Under the pieces are notes generated by a model. That model did not search any database, was not told the DNA's origin, and saw nothing but the letters and a program-made list of their open reading frames with translations. A program made the translations under genes and the position numbers. Below are positions 12,660 through 25,214 of a stretch of 64,000 bases of DNA, piece after piece. This DNA is from Eledone cirrhosa (lineage: Eukaryota), in contig OZ024744.1 of assembly GCA_964016885.1 (NCBI GenBank), positions 29,264,001 through 29,328,000 of the forward strand, in the 5' to 3' direction. Position 1 is the first letter of the stretch. Every line of letters begins with the position of its first letter.

Positions 12660-15600
12660 ATGACCTCACTCAGAATAGGCAGCATAAATGCGCGTGGCTT
12701 GGGGTCGTCATGGAAGCAGGGCCACCTGCTCAACGACCTCAGGTCACTAAACATAGATGTAGTGGCCATCAGCGAGACCAGAATCTCCGAAGCACAGGCT
12801 TTCGCACCGATCTTCGGTGGCTACGATGTGTACGCATCTCCCAGCCGTCCGGGATCGGGGGGAGGAGTTGCTGTGCTTTTTCGGAGAGGTTTGGATCTTG
12901 CCATACGGGCCATCTTCCTGGACCCAGAAGGTAAGTTGGTGGTGCTGGACGTGACCAGCGGAGACGGGCAAGCTTTCAGGTTAGTGGCCGTCTATGCCCC
13001 GACAGGAGCAGGGCGGCCTGATTTCTTCCGGCGTCTGGAGACCTTTCTTGGAACGTCCCGCTCTTTAGTGTTAGTGGGCGACTGGAACGGGATCTTAGAT
13101 GCAGGCTGGGATTGTGTGGGATTAGTGGATAGGGAAGGAAGGTGCAAGAGTCTCACCAACCTGCTCAGACGTTTTGAACTGTCTGACAGGTACCGAATGG
13201 ATTTCCCGAATGTACCAATGTGGACTTGGACAAATCGCATAGGGTCATCCAGATCATATCTAGATAGAGTATTTTGTAGGGAAATAAATAGGTCTAGCAT
13301 AGGCTGTCCACAATTCAAGATAGTCAGCTACACGGACCACAAATTCGTGATCTGTGTGCTTGACTTAGATAGGCTTCATAGGCGAGGACCCGGCTACTGG
13401 AAGCTAAACGCGTCCTTACCAGCGCGCAAGGCCTACAGAGACCGGATTAGCGAACTGGTTAAGCGGGCGTTGACGGGGGCCATCGTCAACAACAAGTGGT
13501 GGTTTGCTCTGAAAAGAGCAATTAGAATAGAGTCCATTAGGTTTAGTAAGACTTTAGCAATACAGAAAAATAGAGCAGATGGAGAACTAGTTAGAAAATT
13601 AGATGAGGCGCTTAGCAAAGGCATCGCGACCGACGTACTTGCGGCGAAATTGGCCCTTGACCAATTCTTCAATGCAAAGCACGAAGGCTGCGTTGTCAGA
13701 GCTAGGGTGCGCGCTCTCAGACACGAGGGGACGAAAGCCGTTCAATGGGCCCGAGTGGCGGAGGCGCGTAGTGGCAACAAAGCCACGATCCGGTCTTTGG
13801 TGGACCACGACGGGCGCATGCTACTCGATCCCGGGCAAATGTGTGAAGCTTTTCAGCGACACTTCGCTCAGCTGTTCGGGGGCAGTGGCGGGCCGGGTCG
13901 AGGGATGGACTTTAGTGTCTACCTCGACGGACTGCCGCGGCTTTCGGCCACTGAGGCGGAGTGTTGCGAAAAGCCGATAACAACCGCTGAAGTACAGGAT
14001 GCAATGACTAGTTGCACAAGGGGTAAATCGCCTGGTTTGGATGGTCTGCCCTATGAACTTTACGTACAAATGCCAAACTTGTTCAGAAGCCTCTTGGCGG
14101 ACGTCTACTGCAACTGGCAACAGAACGGGAGAATTCCCAGCTCTGTGAGCCGAGGAGCGGTGGCGCTGCTGAGAAAGGATCCGAACAAGGGGGATAACAT
14201 AGATAATTTTAGGCCCATAACTCTGCTAAACACAGAGTTCAAGATTTTGGCCAAGGTGCTAGCAAAGAGGTTGGCGCTTGTCGTTGGTGGTCTGGTGGGA
14301 GAGGCACAGACATGCGCCATTCCCGACAGATCCATCCATGACAACCTCCACCTCATGCGATACATCGTAGATAGGGTAGCTAGGGAACCTGGCACGGGTG
14401 GGTCTTTGATCAATTTAGATCAGTCGAAAGCCTTCGATAGGGTCGACCATCGTTACGTAGCGGCAGTCATGAGGGCGGCTGGCTTTGGGCCCGTCTTCAG
14501 AGGCTGGATCGCTGCCATGCACAGCGACATCTGCTCTGTAGTGAGAGTGAACGGTCACCTTTCGGAACCGTTCAACATCATGCGCTCGGTCCGCCAAGGA
14601 TGTCCCCTCTCGTCCCTATTGTACGTATTGACTCTCGGCCATTACTGCACAAACTGGAGACGTTGAGGGGGGTCCCGCGCGAACTAGGATGCGGAAGATC
14701 CGTGTCAGCATATGCCGACGATGTCACTGTAGTGGTGTCGAACGCCAAACACATCGAGGCGATCGGCACTACACTAAGAGAATACGAAGCGGTGACAAGA
14801 GCAATGATCAACCAGGAAAAGTCAGTGGGCCTGCAGCTCGGCACCTGGAGAGGCAGGTCCATGCCGTCCAACAGCTTCGTCGGGCGCTGGACGGACGGAC
14901 CGGTTAAATTGCTAGGGGTCTGGTTCGGTCCAGACCTCCAGACGGACAAAAACTGGGACGAGGTGACGAGCAGGGTGGCTTCTCTCACCCAGAAATGGGC
15001 CGAGAGGAAGCTATCCCTGAAAGGTCGAGCGGAGGTGGCGAATGCGTACATCGCATCCGTCATCTACTACCGCCTGACCGTCGTACCTTGTCCTAAGCCC
15101 CGCCTGACTGCGCTGGAGCGTTTGCTCTTTCTCTTCTTGTGGAAAAGGACGCGCTCCGATGGTCAGGCGGTTCATCTGCTGTCAACACCCGCTACGTGGA
15201 GGGCTGGGCATGCCGTGGCTGATGATGCGCAGACACGCGCTCAGGCTACGACATCTCCACCTCTTCCTCGACGGTGATCAGGTGTGGTCGCCGTTTGCTA
15301 GACACGTTTTTCCCAGCTCGTCTCCTTGACGGAGCTGCAGTCCTGGGTCAAGCGAAAACCGAGAGGGAGCGCTTGGAGACTGGAATGTCTTCAGGCGCTC
15401 ACAGCCCTCGACCAATCGGGCAATGTGATCGGTGGAAACTCCACCTTGGCGTTCTATAGGGGATTAGTGGAGGGGAAGAGCGACGACGTACTTGGAGAAA
15501 CTCTAGGCGTCGACGAAAATCAACTAGCCAATCTCTTCGGAAGGACTTTCGGACCGGGGCCTATGGACAACTTCCAGAAATCCCTGGCATGGCAGTGCTA

Positions 15601-16078
15601 CCGGGGTGCTTTGCCAGTTCGGGATAAGCTTTACAGGCATGGAGGTGCCGTCAGCCGGGCATGTCCGAGATGCGCACAGGGTGACGAAACCGTCCTGCAC
15701 GCACTCGTCCAGTGTCCGAGCATTGCTGACTTGTGGGTTTATGTCGAACACCTGCTGTCACGTGTAGGACGGATCCAGCTATCAGCTGAGTCCATCGTGA
15801 GGATTGCCCCGCCCTCTTCCTTTAGCCGGGAAGGGCAGGCAGTTTTTATCTGTCTGGTGGCCATGGCGAAAGAGATAGTATGGTGGACACGTTTGAAAGG
15901 GCTGAAGACGAGCACTTACCTCTTCGGTGATGCCCTGATTAACTTTTTCAAATTTCATCTGAAAAGGAAAATCAGGGTAGAGAGGGAAGTGCTCTCTTCC
16001 CAGCATTTTGTTGAAAGATGGGTGAGAGAAGCAAGTATGGCCCGAATGAATGGGCCTTCTCTGAGTATGTGTCTGTAA
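12660..16078 (+). pseudogene. Tx1 ORF2 (APE-RT-Zn) with three 1-bp frameshifts (~14635, ~15143, ~15307)
   Basis: SINARGL, ISET, VYAP, GDWN, YLDR, TDH (APE); FRPITLLN, DQSKAFD, RQGCPLS, YADD (RT); CPRC..ETVLHALVQC. Confidence 0.93.
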
Positions 16079-16363
16079 ATTAAAGGTGGAAAACTGGGAG
16101 AGGGCACTTGCCCTGGTGGTCAGGGCCACTGTGGTCTTTTAATGGGCTTTCTCCACAAATGTCCCTCGGAAGTCTCCCCCCTATTGGGGAATTTTTCTTT
16201 GTTATTTTATTTCATCCTCTGTTTTTTTACACGCAGAAATGCCCATTTGTACCGTCCTGTATTGTCCTGTACTGTCCTTAATGTCTACTTTATGTAAACC
16301 CTTGTGGTTAATAAAGAAAACATTATTATTATTATTATTAATATTATTATTATTACTATTATC

Positions 16364-17250
16364 ATACTTTGAGTCTCAGTCATTGATTTTATTTAACTGG
16401 AAAGTTTGTTGAAATGAATATCAAGCCGCTTCCTGCAGCCTCAGATATTCAGGACGTATCGGAGGGTTCTTGCTGTTCCCAGCAAGCATGCCTTTTGAAG
16501 TGTTCCAAAAAGCCGGGCTGGACTAATTTTCTTTAACCATCCTTGGAAACTCTTTGAGATAGTACCTATTGCGCCTATGACAATCGGGATCACTTTGACT
16601 TCATGGCAGTTCCAAATCCTTTTTAACTCCCACTTTAAGTCCTGGTATCGGTTAATTTTCTCCCTCTCCTTCTCTTGCACTCTCGTGTCAAATGGGCAGG
16701 CCACATCTACAATCAGGCACGATATTTTTTCCTTGTCCAAAACCACCAGGTCAGGTCTATTGTGTTCCAGTTTCTTGTCCGTCTGTATCCTAAAATCCCA
16801 CAGCACACTCACCTGATCGTTTTCTATCACCGACTCTGGCTTATGCTCATACCACTTCTCAGAATGTGGTAAATTGTTTACTTTGCATAGGTGCCAGTGG
16901 ATCACCCTGCCTATCACATCATGTCTCCAGCCTTTATAGTAAGTCTTGGATAGGTGTTTACACTCGGATACAATGTGAGCCACAGTCTCCTCTCTCTCTC
17001 TCCACAGATCCTACACAGTGGGATAGCCTCCTCCTTGTAAATATGGTGTTTCACCCACTTCATTCTGAGGCCCTGCTCTTGCACAGCCATTAGCATTCCT
17101 TCTGTAGCCTTTTTAAGGTCTCCTCTTTTTAACCAGTTCCATGTCTGTGGATCTCTAAATTCAGTTTTCTCAAAGAAGGTACTATGAAGGGAGTTTCCAT
17201 GAAGGTTGCTCTTCCTCCTTGTTGTTATTTCCTCCTTGGACAGTGGGGAT
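16364..17250 (-). mobile_element. Second 5'-truncated R4/Dong-type RLE LINE (different family)
   Basis: CRIC..HIVSEC, RHD, NRPDLVV..VDVACP, IPIVIGAIG; frameshift in a (CT)n run near 16990; 3' end abuts (TAA)n. Confidence 0.87.
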
Positions 17251-17263
17251 TTTCAATAAGCTC

Positions 17264-18101
17264 GAGTTTTAAATTACTAACCTTATAACTATAAGTTTGC
17301 TGATACGATCCTATGGGCTGTAATCCCGCACATTTCTGTGGTGAAACGAACTAAATTCGTATCAGCAAGCTTATAGTTATAAGGTTAGTAATTTAAAACT
17401 CTACTTCAAAGATTTGATTCTGACTTAGGTTTTTTTCTATTTAATTGCCAACCTGCAGGTATTGTTCTCCATGCAGTAACGGTTAAACTCACATGTAATA
17501 ATTTTTTACACACATCTCACTGTGTAACACACTTCTCTCTGTGTAATATATTTGTATTTGAGCTCAGATGAAAATTCTCTGTTCTTCTTCGAGTTAGTAT
17601 TATTATTATTACTGTGAACTGCGGAATACTTTAATTCCGATCTTTGTATATTTAACGAGCTCCAGATTGTAGAGCTAATAAATTCGAATGGTTGGGCTGC
17701 TCTCTCTAGCATTCTCCCCCAATTCATGAGAGCCGTTATTTGATGCACATAACACGTGATTTCGCCCTACTCTGGGCAGCGTGTTATTAACTTTCTCTCT
17801 ATCCATGAGGTTAGATGTGTGGTAAACAGTACCAGTACTTGCTGACTGAAGATCCTATGGGCTGTTATACCGCACATTTCTGTGGTGAAACGAACTAGAT
17901 TCGTATCAGCAAGCTTATAGTTATAAGATTAGTAATTTAAAACTCTACTTCAGAGATTTGATTCTGACTTAGTTTTTTTCTATTTAATTGCCAACCTGCA
18001 GGTATTGTTCTCCATACAGTAACGGTTAAACTCACATGTAATAATTTTTTACACACATCTCACTGTGTAACACACTTCTCTCTGTGTAATATATTTGTAT
18101 T

Positions 18102-18102
<1 letters not shown>
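17264..18102 (+). mobile_element. Non-coding Penelope pLTR-like or retrozyme-like element: 544-bp-period direct repeat plus 5' inverted segment
   Basis: 17307-17559 is repeated at 17851-18102; 17264-17308 is the inverse of 17357-17401; contains a hammerhead motif. Confidence 0.7.
17838..17913 (+). ncRNA. Type I hammerhead ribozyme motif
   Basis: cttgctga-CTGAAGA-(34 nt)-GAAACGAA ctaga TTCGTA-tcagcaag: 8-bp helix I, 5-bp helix III, GUA cleavage triplet. Helix II pairing is irregular. Confidence 0.72.
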
Positions 18103-18134
<32 letters not shown>

Positions 18135-19300
18135 AAAGGATAAACAGAAATAACAACACAATCGGTACAGTATAGGGAAGGGATATATTAGGTTAACGTT
18201 TGATATAGCAGGAAGAGGGTCTTAACGTTTCGGACGGTAGTCCTTCATCAGAAGAAAGAATGAGAAAAAATAGATTGAGGCGACGGGCGGGATGGAATTG
18301 GAAAAAATGTCTATAGATAAAAATAACAGGTCCGTTCATGTTGACATCTCTTGGAAAACTGTTGGTGCTGGCGTTTTGTGTATGATTTACTTTTTAGAAT
18401 AGTGGATGATGGCAGGCGTCTACCTGAAATGGAAAAAAACCGTTTTGTAAAAAGAGCTATACTTGAGTATGTGCGTAAGCAGTGTGGGTGTGTGCGCGCG
18501 CGGGTGTGTGTGTGCGTGCGTGTGTATGTGTGTGTGTTATTATACGTCCTTACGAAGCTAAGAAGAAATGTGTGTGTATATGTGAGTAAACGAGTGTGTG
18601 TGCATGTAAGTACGAAGCTATGAGCAAAAGTATGTTAATATAAGGGTGTGTATGTGTGTATACAGAGCAGTGAAGGGAAAAGTGGAGTGAGCATATATAG
18701 TCGGCCTGTATTAGTTGTAAGAGAAGATGTTATTGATCAAGCGAAAGCGATAGGACGGGGTATTAGAGAAATTGGGGCGGTGAGTTAAATCCAAGAGCGG
18801 AAAGGGACCCAAGGTGGTGAATCAGACTTTGTTCAGGCCTGGTGCGTGAGGCATGTGATCCATGATGTAAAAGGACTCCCAGGACTGAAACAGGTAGGGA
18901 AGAATGACCAGGAAAAGAGAAATGACGGGCGACATGAGTATCCAAACCAAGTTGTATGTCCCTCAAATGCTCGGCAAAACAGTCCGCCATACGGCGTCCT
19001 GTTTATCTGATATATAAAGACCCGCAAAGGGAACACAGGGGGGTATAGACAACGTTGGTTGATGTGCAGGTGAACGAGTGGCAGATACGGAAAGACTCGT
19101 TGGGGCCTGTAAGAGTGGTGATGTTGGAAATGAAGGGACAAGTGTTGCAGCGGGAACGGGAACAAGGATGAGAATCAGGTGGAGACGTGGGAGAGGAGGA
19201 GAAGGAACTGCGAACCAGCAGGTCGCACTTAAAAGCAGTAATGGGTGGGTTTGGTAAAAAGCGAGAAGTGGCGGGGGTCAGAAGAGAGGATACGGAAGGA
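18135..19300 (-). mobile_element. Penelope-like element 3' remnant (GIY-YIG endonuclease pseudogene and 3' region)
   Basis: The minus strand reads FTCTSTNVVY ... LYIR*TGRRMADCFAEHLRDI ... VARHF ... EQSLIHHLGSL...GFN, the Penelope GIY-YIG layout. Confidence 0.82.
18220..18255 (-). ncRNA. Minimal type I hammerhead ribozyme of a Penelope element
   Basis: Reverse complement tctt-CTGATGA-a-ggac tacc gtcc-GAAAC-GTT-aaga, downstream of a GIY-YIG remnant on the same strand. Confidence 0.7.
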
Positions 19301-19866
19301 ACGTAGGATATGTCGCCGGAGTGGTAGGGTGATGGGGTGGTAGTTGAGAGGGAAAGGAACGTGGGTGAGAACAGCTTGGATCAGGGTGGGGGAATATCCA
19401 CGCTAGATGAAGCAGGAAGTCATGTGAAGGGAATGGGTTTCGGCACACACACAACTGTCTCCAATAATATAAAGATAAATACAGTAAATATTTTAAAAAT
19501 AAAATAAAATAAAAGTGATGATATAATGTCACATCATGCATATGTCTTTCCCCTTGTGTGGGTCCACATCTAGAGATGGAAGCAATAATCAAAAATATAT
19601 ATATAAAATAAAATGAAATAAAATAAAATGCAGTTATAACAATAAAATAATAAAACGTTATAAAAGTGGCACGGGTGGATGTACTGGTATGTGTGAATGA
19701 TAACAGCCTGTGTTGTAAGTGAAAAAGGTCGTGGTCATAACAGATATAATAAAGTTGGTTCAATGTTAGGGGTGACATGCTTCAAACAATATACTCTAAT
19801 AATATTAATATATATTCCGTTACCATACCGTCATTAACCGGGGAATGTCGGACGTCAGATAGACAT

Positions 19867-19917
19867 GGGTTAGTGTTAGAGTTAGGGTTAGGTTTAGGGC
19901 TAGGGTTAGGGTTAAGG
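19867..19917 (+). repeat. Short degenerate (TTAGGG)n tract
   Basis: gggttagtgttagagttagggttaggtttagggctagggttagggttaagg. Confidence 0.85.
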
Positions 19918-20049
19918 TAACCCAAAGGAGGGACTAATGAACATGTCTCTCTATAGTACGTGCTCCTTGATTCCTCCCAGGATAGATATGCTGTAACGGA
20001 TATCATTCAAACTGAGATTGCAGATGAGTTTTGCACAGCGTCGGATACC

Positions 20050-21035
20050 ATAACACTAACCCTAACCCTAACCATAACCCTAACCTTAAACCTAACCCTA
20101 AACTAAACCCTAAACCTGACCCTAAACCTGACCCTAAACGTAACCCTAACCCTAACACTAACCCTAACCATAACCCCAATATAACACTCACCATAACTCT
20201 AACCCTAACACTAACCCTAAACCTAACCCTAAACCTAACACTATCCCTAACCCTAACCCTAACATACTAACCTTAGCCCTATCCCCAACCCTAACCCTAG
20301 CCCTAACCCTAGCCCTAACCCTAACCCTAACCCTAACCCAAACCCTAACCCTAACCCTAACCCTCACCCTAGCCCTAACCCTAGCCTTAACTCTAACATA
20401 CTAACCCTAACCCTAACCCTAACCCTAACCCTAACGCTAACAGTAACCTTAACCCTAGCCCTATCCCTAACCCTAACCCTAGCCCTAACCCTAACCCTCA
20501 CCCTAGCCCTAACCCTAGCCTTAACCCTAACATACTAACCCTAACCCTAACCCTAACCCTAACCCTAACCCTAACCCTAGCCTTAACCCTAACATACTAA
20601 ACCTAACCCTAACCCTAACCCTAACCCTAACCCTAACGCTAACCCTAACATACTAAACCTAACACTAACAGTAACCCTAACCCTAGCCCTATCCTTAACC
20701 CTAACCCTAGCGCTAACCCTAACCCTCACCCTAGCCCTAACCCTAGCCTTAATCCTAACATACTAACCCTAACCCTAACCCTAACCCTAACCCTAACCTT
20801 AACCCTAACCCTAACATACTAAACCTAACACTAACAGTAACCCTAACCCTAGCCCTATCCCTAACCCTAACCCTAGCCCTACCCCTAACCCTCACCCTAC
20901 CCCTAACCCTAGCCTTAACCCTAACATACTAAACCTAACCCTAACCCTAACCCTAGCACTAACCCTAACCCTAACCCTAACCCTAACCCTAACCCTAGCA
21001 CTAACCCTAACCCTAACCCTAACCCTAACCCTAAC
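20050..21035 (-). repeat. Interstitial telomeric tract, (CCCTAA)n on + with variants
   Basis: ~1 kb with perfect runs of ccctaa and variants ccctag, ccctca and catactaa. Confidence 0.95.
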
Positions 21036-21109
21036 AATTAGATACATCGATACGACGTGGCTGCCTCTTGTCACCTATATGTGTGTCTTTCTTATCTCCT
21101 TATAATATA

Positions 21110-22007
21110 CTAGCAGTAAAGCCCGGCGTTGCTCGGGGTCGCTCATTAGCTGTGTTAAAGTTACAATGTTAAGTTTCTTTTTTGGCTTAAAAACTGTAGT
21201 GTCTACTGTGCAGACTTGCATGTGGTGTTTTTGATTAATATTCCCTCAACCAACAATATGCCTTATGAAGTTAAGAAAACATAACGATAACCCGAATGTT
21301 ATAACAAAAGAGGATGCTGGGGATAGAAACTGCACTGGTTATTTATTAACAAAGATCGAAAATTTAAACACTGCAACGCAGAGAAAAACATTAGCGTAAC
21401 CAAGTTATCAGTTATGTCTGTCTGCACGCCTATATCACCTCTCTGCACGACTGTCTGTCTGCACGCCTATGTCACCACTCTGCACGACTGTCTGTCTGCA
21501 CGACTGTCTGTCTGCACGACCGTCTGTCTGCACGCCTAACGAAATTTACAGATACATATATTTTAAATAAACTTATATAATTTTTGCTTTTTTTTACGAA
21601 ATATTTGCTTGTTTTACGTAGTCTTTAAATAGACTTGTTTTCAAGTAAAAATATTGTTTTAAAAGGCTTTTAAATGGAAATGAAGCAAAACGGAAGCTTA
21701 GTGTTCGAACGTGTATTGTGTTAATGTCATTTTAAACGCTGAGAAAGCCAGCGTAAATTTTACGTAAGACGCTCAATGTAAACAGAACAAAGGGAAATAA
21801 CTGATCACTTACGCTCAAAAATCGATACATTATATTCGATTTCGTCAGATAGGGCGGGTCAATTTGAAATATTTTTTTTCCGATGTCTTCGCTAGGGCTC
21901 AATGTACAAGTATAGCAATTTCGGTGCAATTCCGTGAGAGATTCTAAGAGGAGATGTGTGCCAAAAATCGATAGACAGACAGACAACCTCAGTTTTATAT
22001 ATATAGA
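21110..22007 (-). mobile_element. Complete non-autonomous Helitron (~900 bp)
   Basis: On -, starts A|TCtatatatataaaac and ends in hairpin cccgagcaacgccggg followed by CTAG|T; internal (gtct)n-containing minisatellite at 21415-21535. Confidence 0.8.
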
Positions 22008-22986
22008 TAACCAGCAATTTCTCTGTCTGTCTGTCCGACGCGTAGAGAGAGAGTGAGAGTGAAAGAACTACAAGAGGGGGATAGCGGGAGGGATAGAGAG
22101 ACACGCTGGAAGAGGGGAAGGAAAGCTATGTCTTGCTGTCTGCATTACGATACATATATATACACACACACACTGAGCGCGTCATAATGACGTAATGCAG
22201 ACAGCCAGTCATACAGACAGATATAATAAGGGCGCAACGTTATATCTATGTATCTATCTAAAAAGAAAGACTAAGAATTATATAGAGAGAACGCTAAATC
22301 GCCTAATGCGGTCCCTAGGGCATTGAAAATTTGAAATAATTTTTGCTCAAAACACTCACAGGACCATAAGTATTACATGTCTAAAGTTTGAAAACAATCG
22401 GTTGGATGGTTCTCAAGTTTTAGTGAGCTGACAGACAGACAGACATTCTCTGTTTTAGATATATAGACTAGCAGAACCCCCCCCCCCCCGGGTGGTTTTC
22501 TGCTCGTCTATATATATAAAACTGATGTTGTCTGTGTGTGTGTGTGTGTGTGTGTGTGACCTCATTTTTGCAAAGTCTATACAAATCCACATTTCTACTC
22601 CGATTTACTTCAAACTTGCATTTATATATTCCTTGCAGTCTAAAGATATTAACTGCAGCTGTTATTTTTCAATTTTCTGTTGTTAAAGGGGTGTTAGGCG
22701 CCGGTTATCCATCTACGTCACGCTCTTATAATATCTGTCTGTATGCCTGGCTGTCTGCATTACGACATTCTGACGAACATTGATGACGTATTATGTTCGC
22801 TATTATCCGTTCATTGCCAGGGAACGTCTTCACAAACAAAAGTATCGTCTTCCTGTGTTCCTTCGGTTGCAACGTTTTTCGAAATATTTACTTCTGCGTT
22901 CACAGATTGATGTTTTTAGTTTCAGAAGATCCCGTTAAGGGTGAAAGCAACGATTCTTCGCTTAAACTTTAATCTGTAATTTTAAT
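22008..22986. mobile_element. Nested fragments of non-autonomous Helitrons
   Basis: Minus-strand 5' end tctatatatctaaaac..(gtct)n at 22467; CTAG end at 22468; plus-strand 5' end tctatatatataaaactga at 22507. Confidence 0.62.
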
Positions 22987-23774
<788 letters not shown>

Positions 23775-23938
23775 TAGTATGCAATGTTAATCATCTGTCT
23801 GTGTGGCTGACTGTAGGAATTTCAAGATATACAAAACACATCCACACTCACACCAAGGGAGAGAATCAATATGTATTATATACACAATTGTCTCCCGTGA
23901 AATATATTATTTCTTAGATTTTTTCAAACTTATAAATA

Positions 23939-25214
23939 CTAGCAGAGGTAGACGGCATTGTCTTGGAATATGTGTCAAAGTGTTCTTCTTCATTTATGTT
24001 TTCTTTTGATAGTGTCTTTGTGTGAAACATTCAGCCATTTCAAACACGGTGACTAGCTGAATCTCCCTGAGAATTACATTTAAGACTACACATGCTGAAT
24101 TTCCCTGGCTAATTTTATTGAAGATTAAGTGTTATTAGCGGTCAACAATTAAAAAAAAACAAAAAAAACTTCCTTTAAATATTTATTTAAAATCTCTTAA
24201 TACAGAAAGTAATGAAGAAAATAATAGAAAAGTGTATTCTACGAAAATATAAACCATTTACAGAACTTCAGTATATACATTGGGTTTAACTTTTTTCTTT
24301 GGAGCATATATGAGGAGTTTGTGGGGCTTCGTACTCTGGAACAACCTACATACAACTGACCATGTAAGAAACAGCTCTCTTCTAGCTGGAGAACAACAAC
24401 CTGTAGTATTTGACCTTGGGACTTGTTGATTGTCCTTGCATAACTGACTCTCACTGAATATTGTAATATTTTCAAACGAAAGGGGACATCTGTTATTATT
24501 AGCGAGATTCCCAGTATATGATGTCTCATTTTCCACATCCAATAACGATTTTCACTTCGATAATATGAGACTGTAGTTTAGTCACAACCATACGTGTCCC
24601 ATTGCATAATATTGGCTGATCGAGTCTTCTGAGAAACATGGCGTCTATAAACTTCTTCAATTAAAGATTGTGTGGCAGAATACCGGATGTTTCGTGATTT
24701 TTTTTAGAAATTCAAAGGGATAATGAACAGCTCCATCCTCATCGACAACTTTGTTGATGGATTTATAGGTTTGGTTACCTCCAGGGACCATTTGTGAAAG
24801 ATTGTTTTGATGACTTCATTGTGATGTTTTAGGGGACAATGATTATTTTTACTCAGTAATTCCTCTTTGAAATGGTGGATTTCGAAATTGGGGACACTTG
24901 ATTAATTAAGCTATCAACGCTTTCCACAATAATACAAAATTGAGGAAGGATCAAAACATCCACCAATATTAAGGGATATTTTTCCTTCACCATGTGTCAA
25001 AAGCATTCAAGCAGACCCTGCAATAATATTGTCTGCTATTGATTCTTACATTGAGTTTGGTGATACGTAGACATAAAGTAGACGACTTTAGACAAGCTAG
25101 ACCTGGATTGGTGCGAGTCCACCTTGATGCCACAGGTAAAGTCTGTCGGAAGTCCCCAGATAAAATGAGAGTGATACCTCCCAGGATTGTTGTGCTGTAA
25201 CGGATATCTTTCAA
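23939..25214 (-). pseudogene. Helitron 3' end and PIF1-family helicase C-terminal fragment (first of 7 copies)
   Basis: ILSGDFRQTLPV, PHNL..K...MFLRRLDQPILCNG, TINKSQGQ..CFLHGQLYVGCSRV and terminal NVYTEVL*; subterminal hairpin agacggcattgtct and CTAG|T at 23939. Confidence 0.88.

Larger units (their letters stand above)
10409..16362 (+). mobile_element. Near-intact full-length Tx1-clade LINE (~5.9 kb)
   Basis: 5' UTR, ORF1, ORF2, 3' UTR with AATAAA (16310) and an (ATT)n-type tail at 16322-16362; (ATT)n also at the 5' flank. Confidence 0.93.

Noticed and set aside
10409-16362. Telomere-specific retrotransposon array (SART/TRAS- or HeT-A-like)
   Set aside because: LINE junctions are (ATT)n rather than TTAGGG, and none is inserted in the telomeric tracts.
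20050-21035. A true chromosome end
   Set aside because: The tract has many variants and is flanked by complex DNA on both sides within the window.
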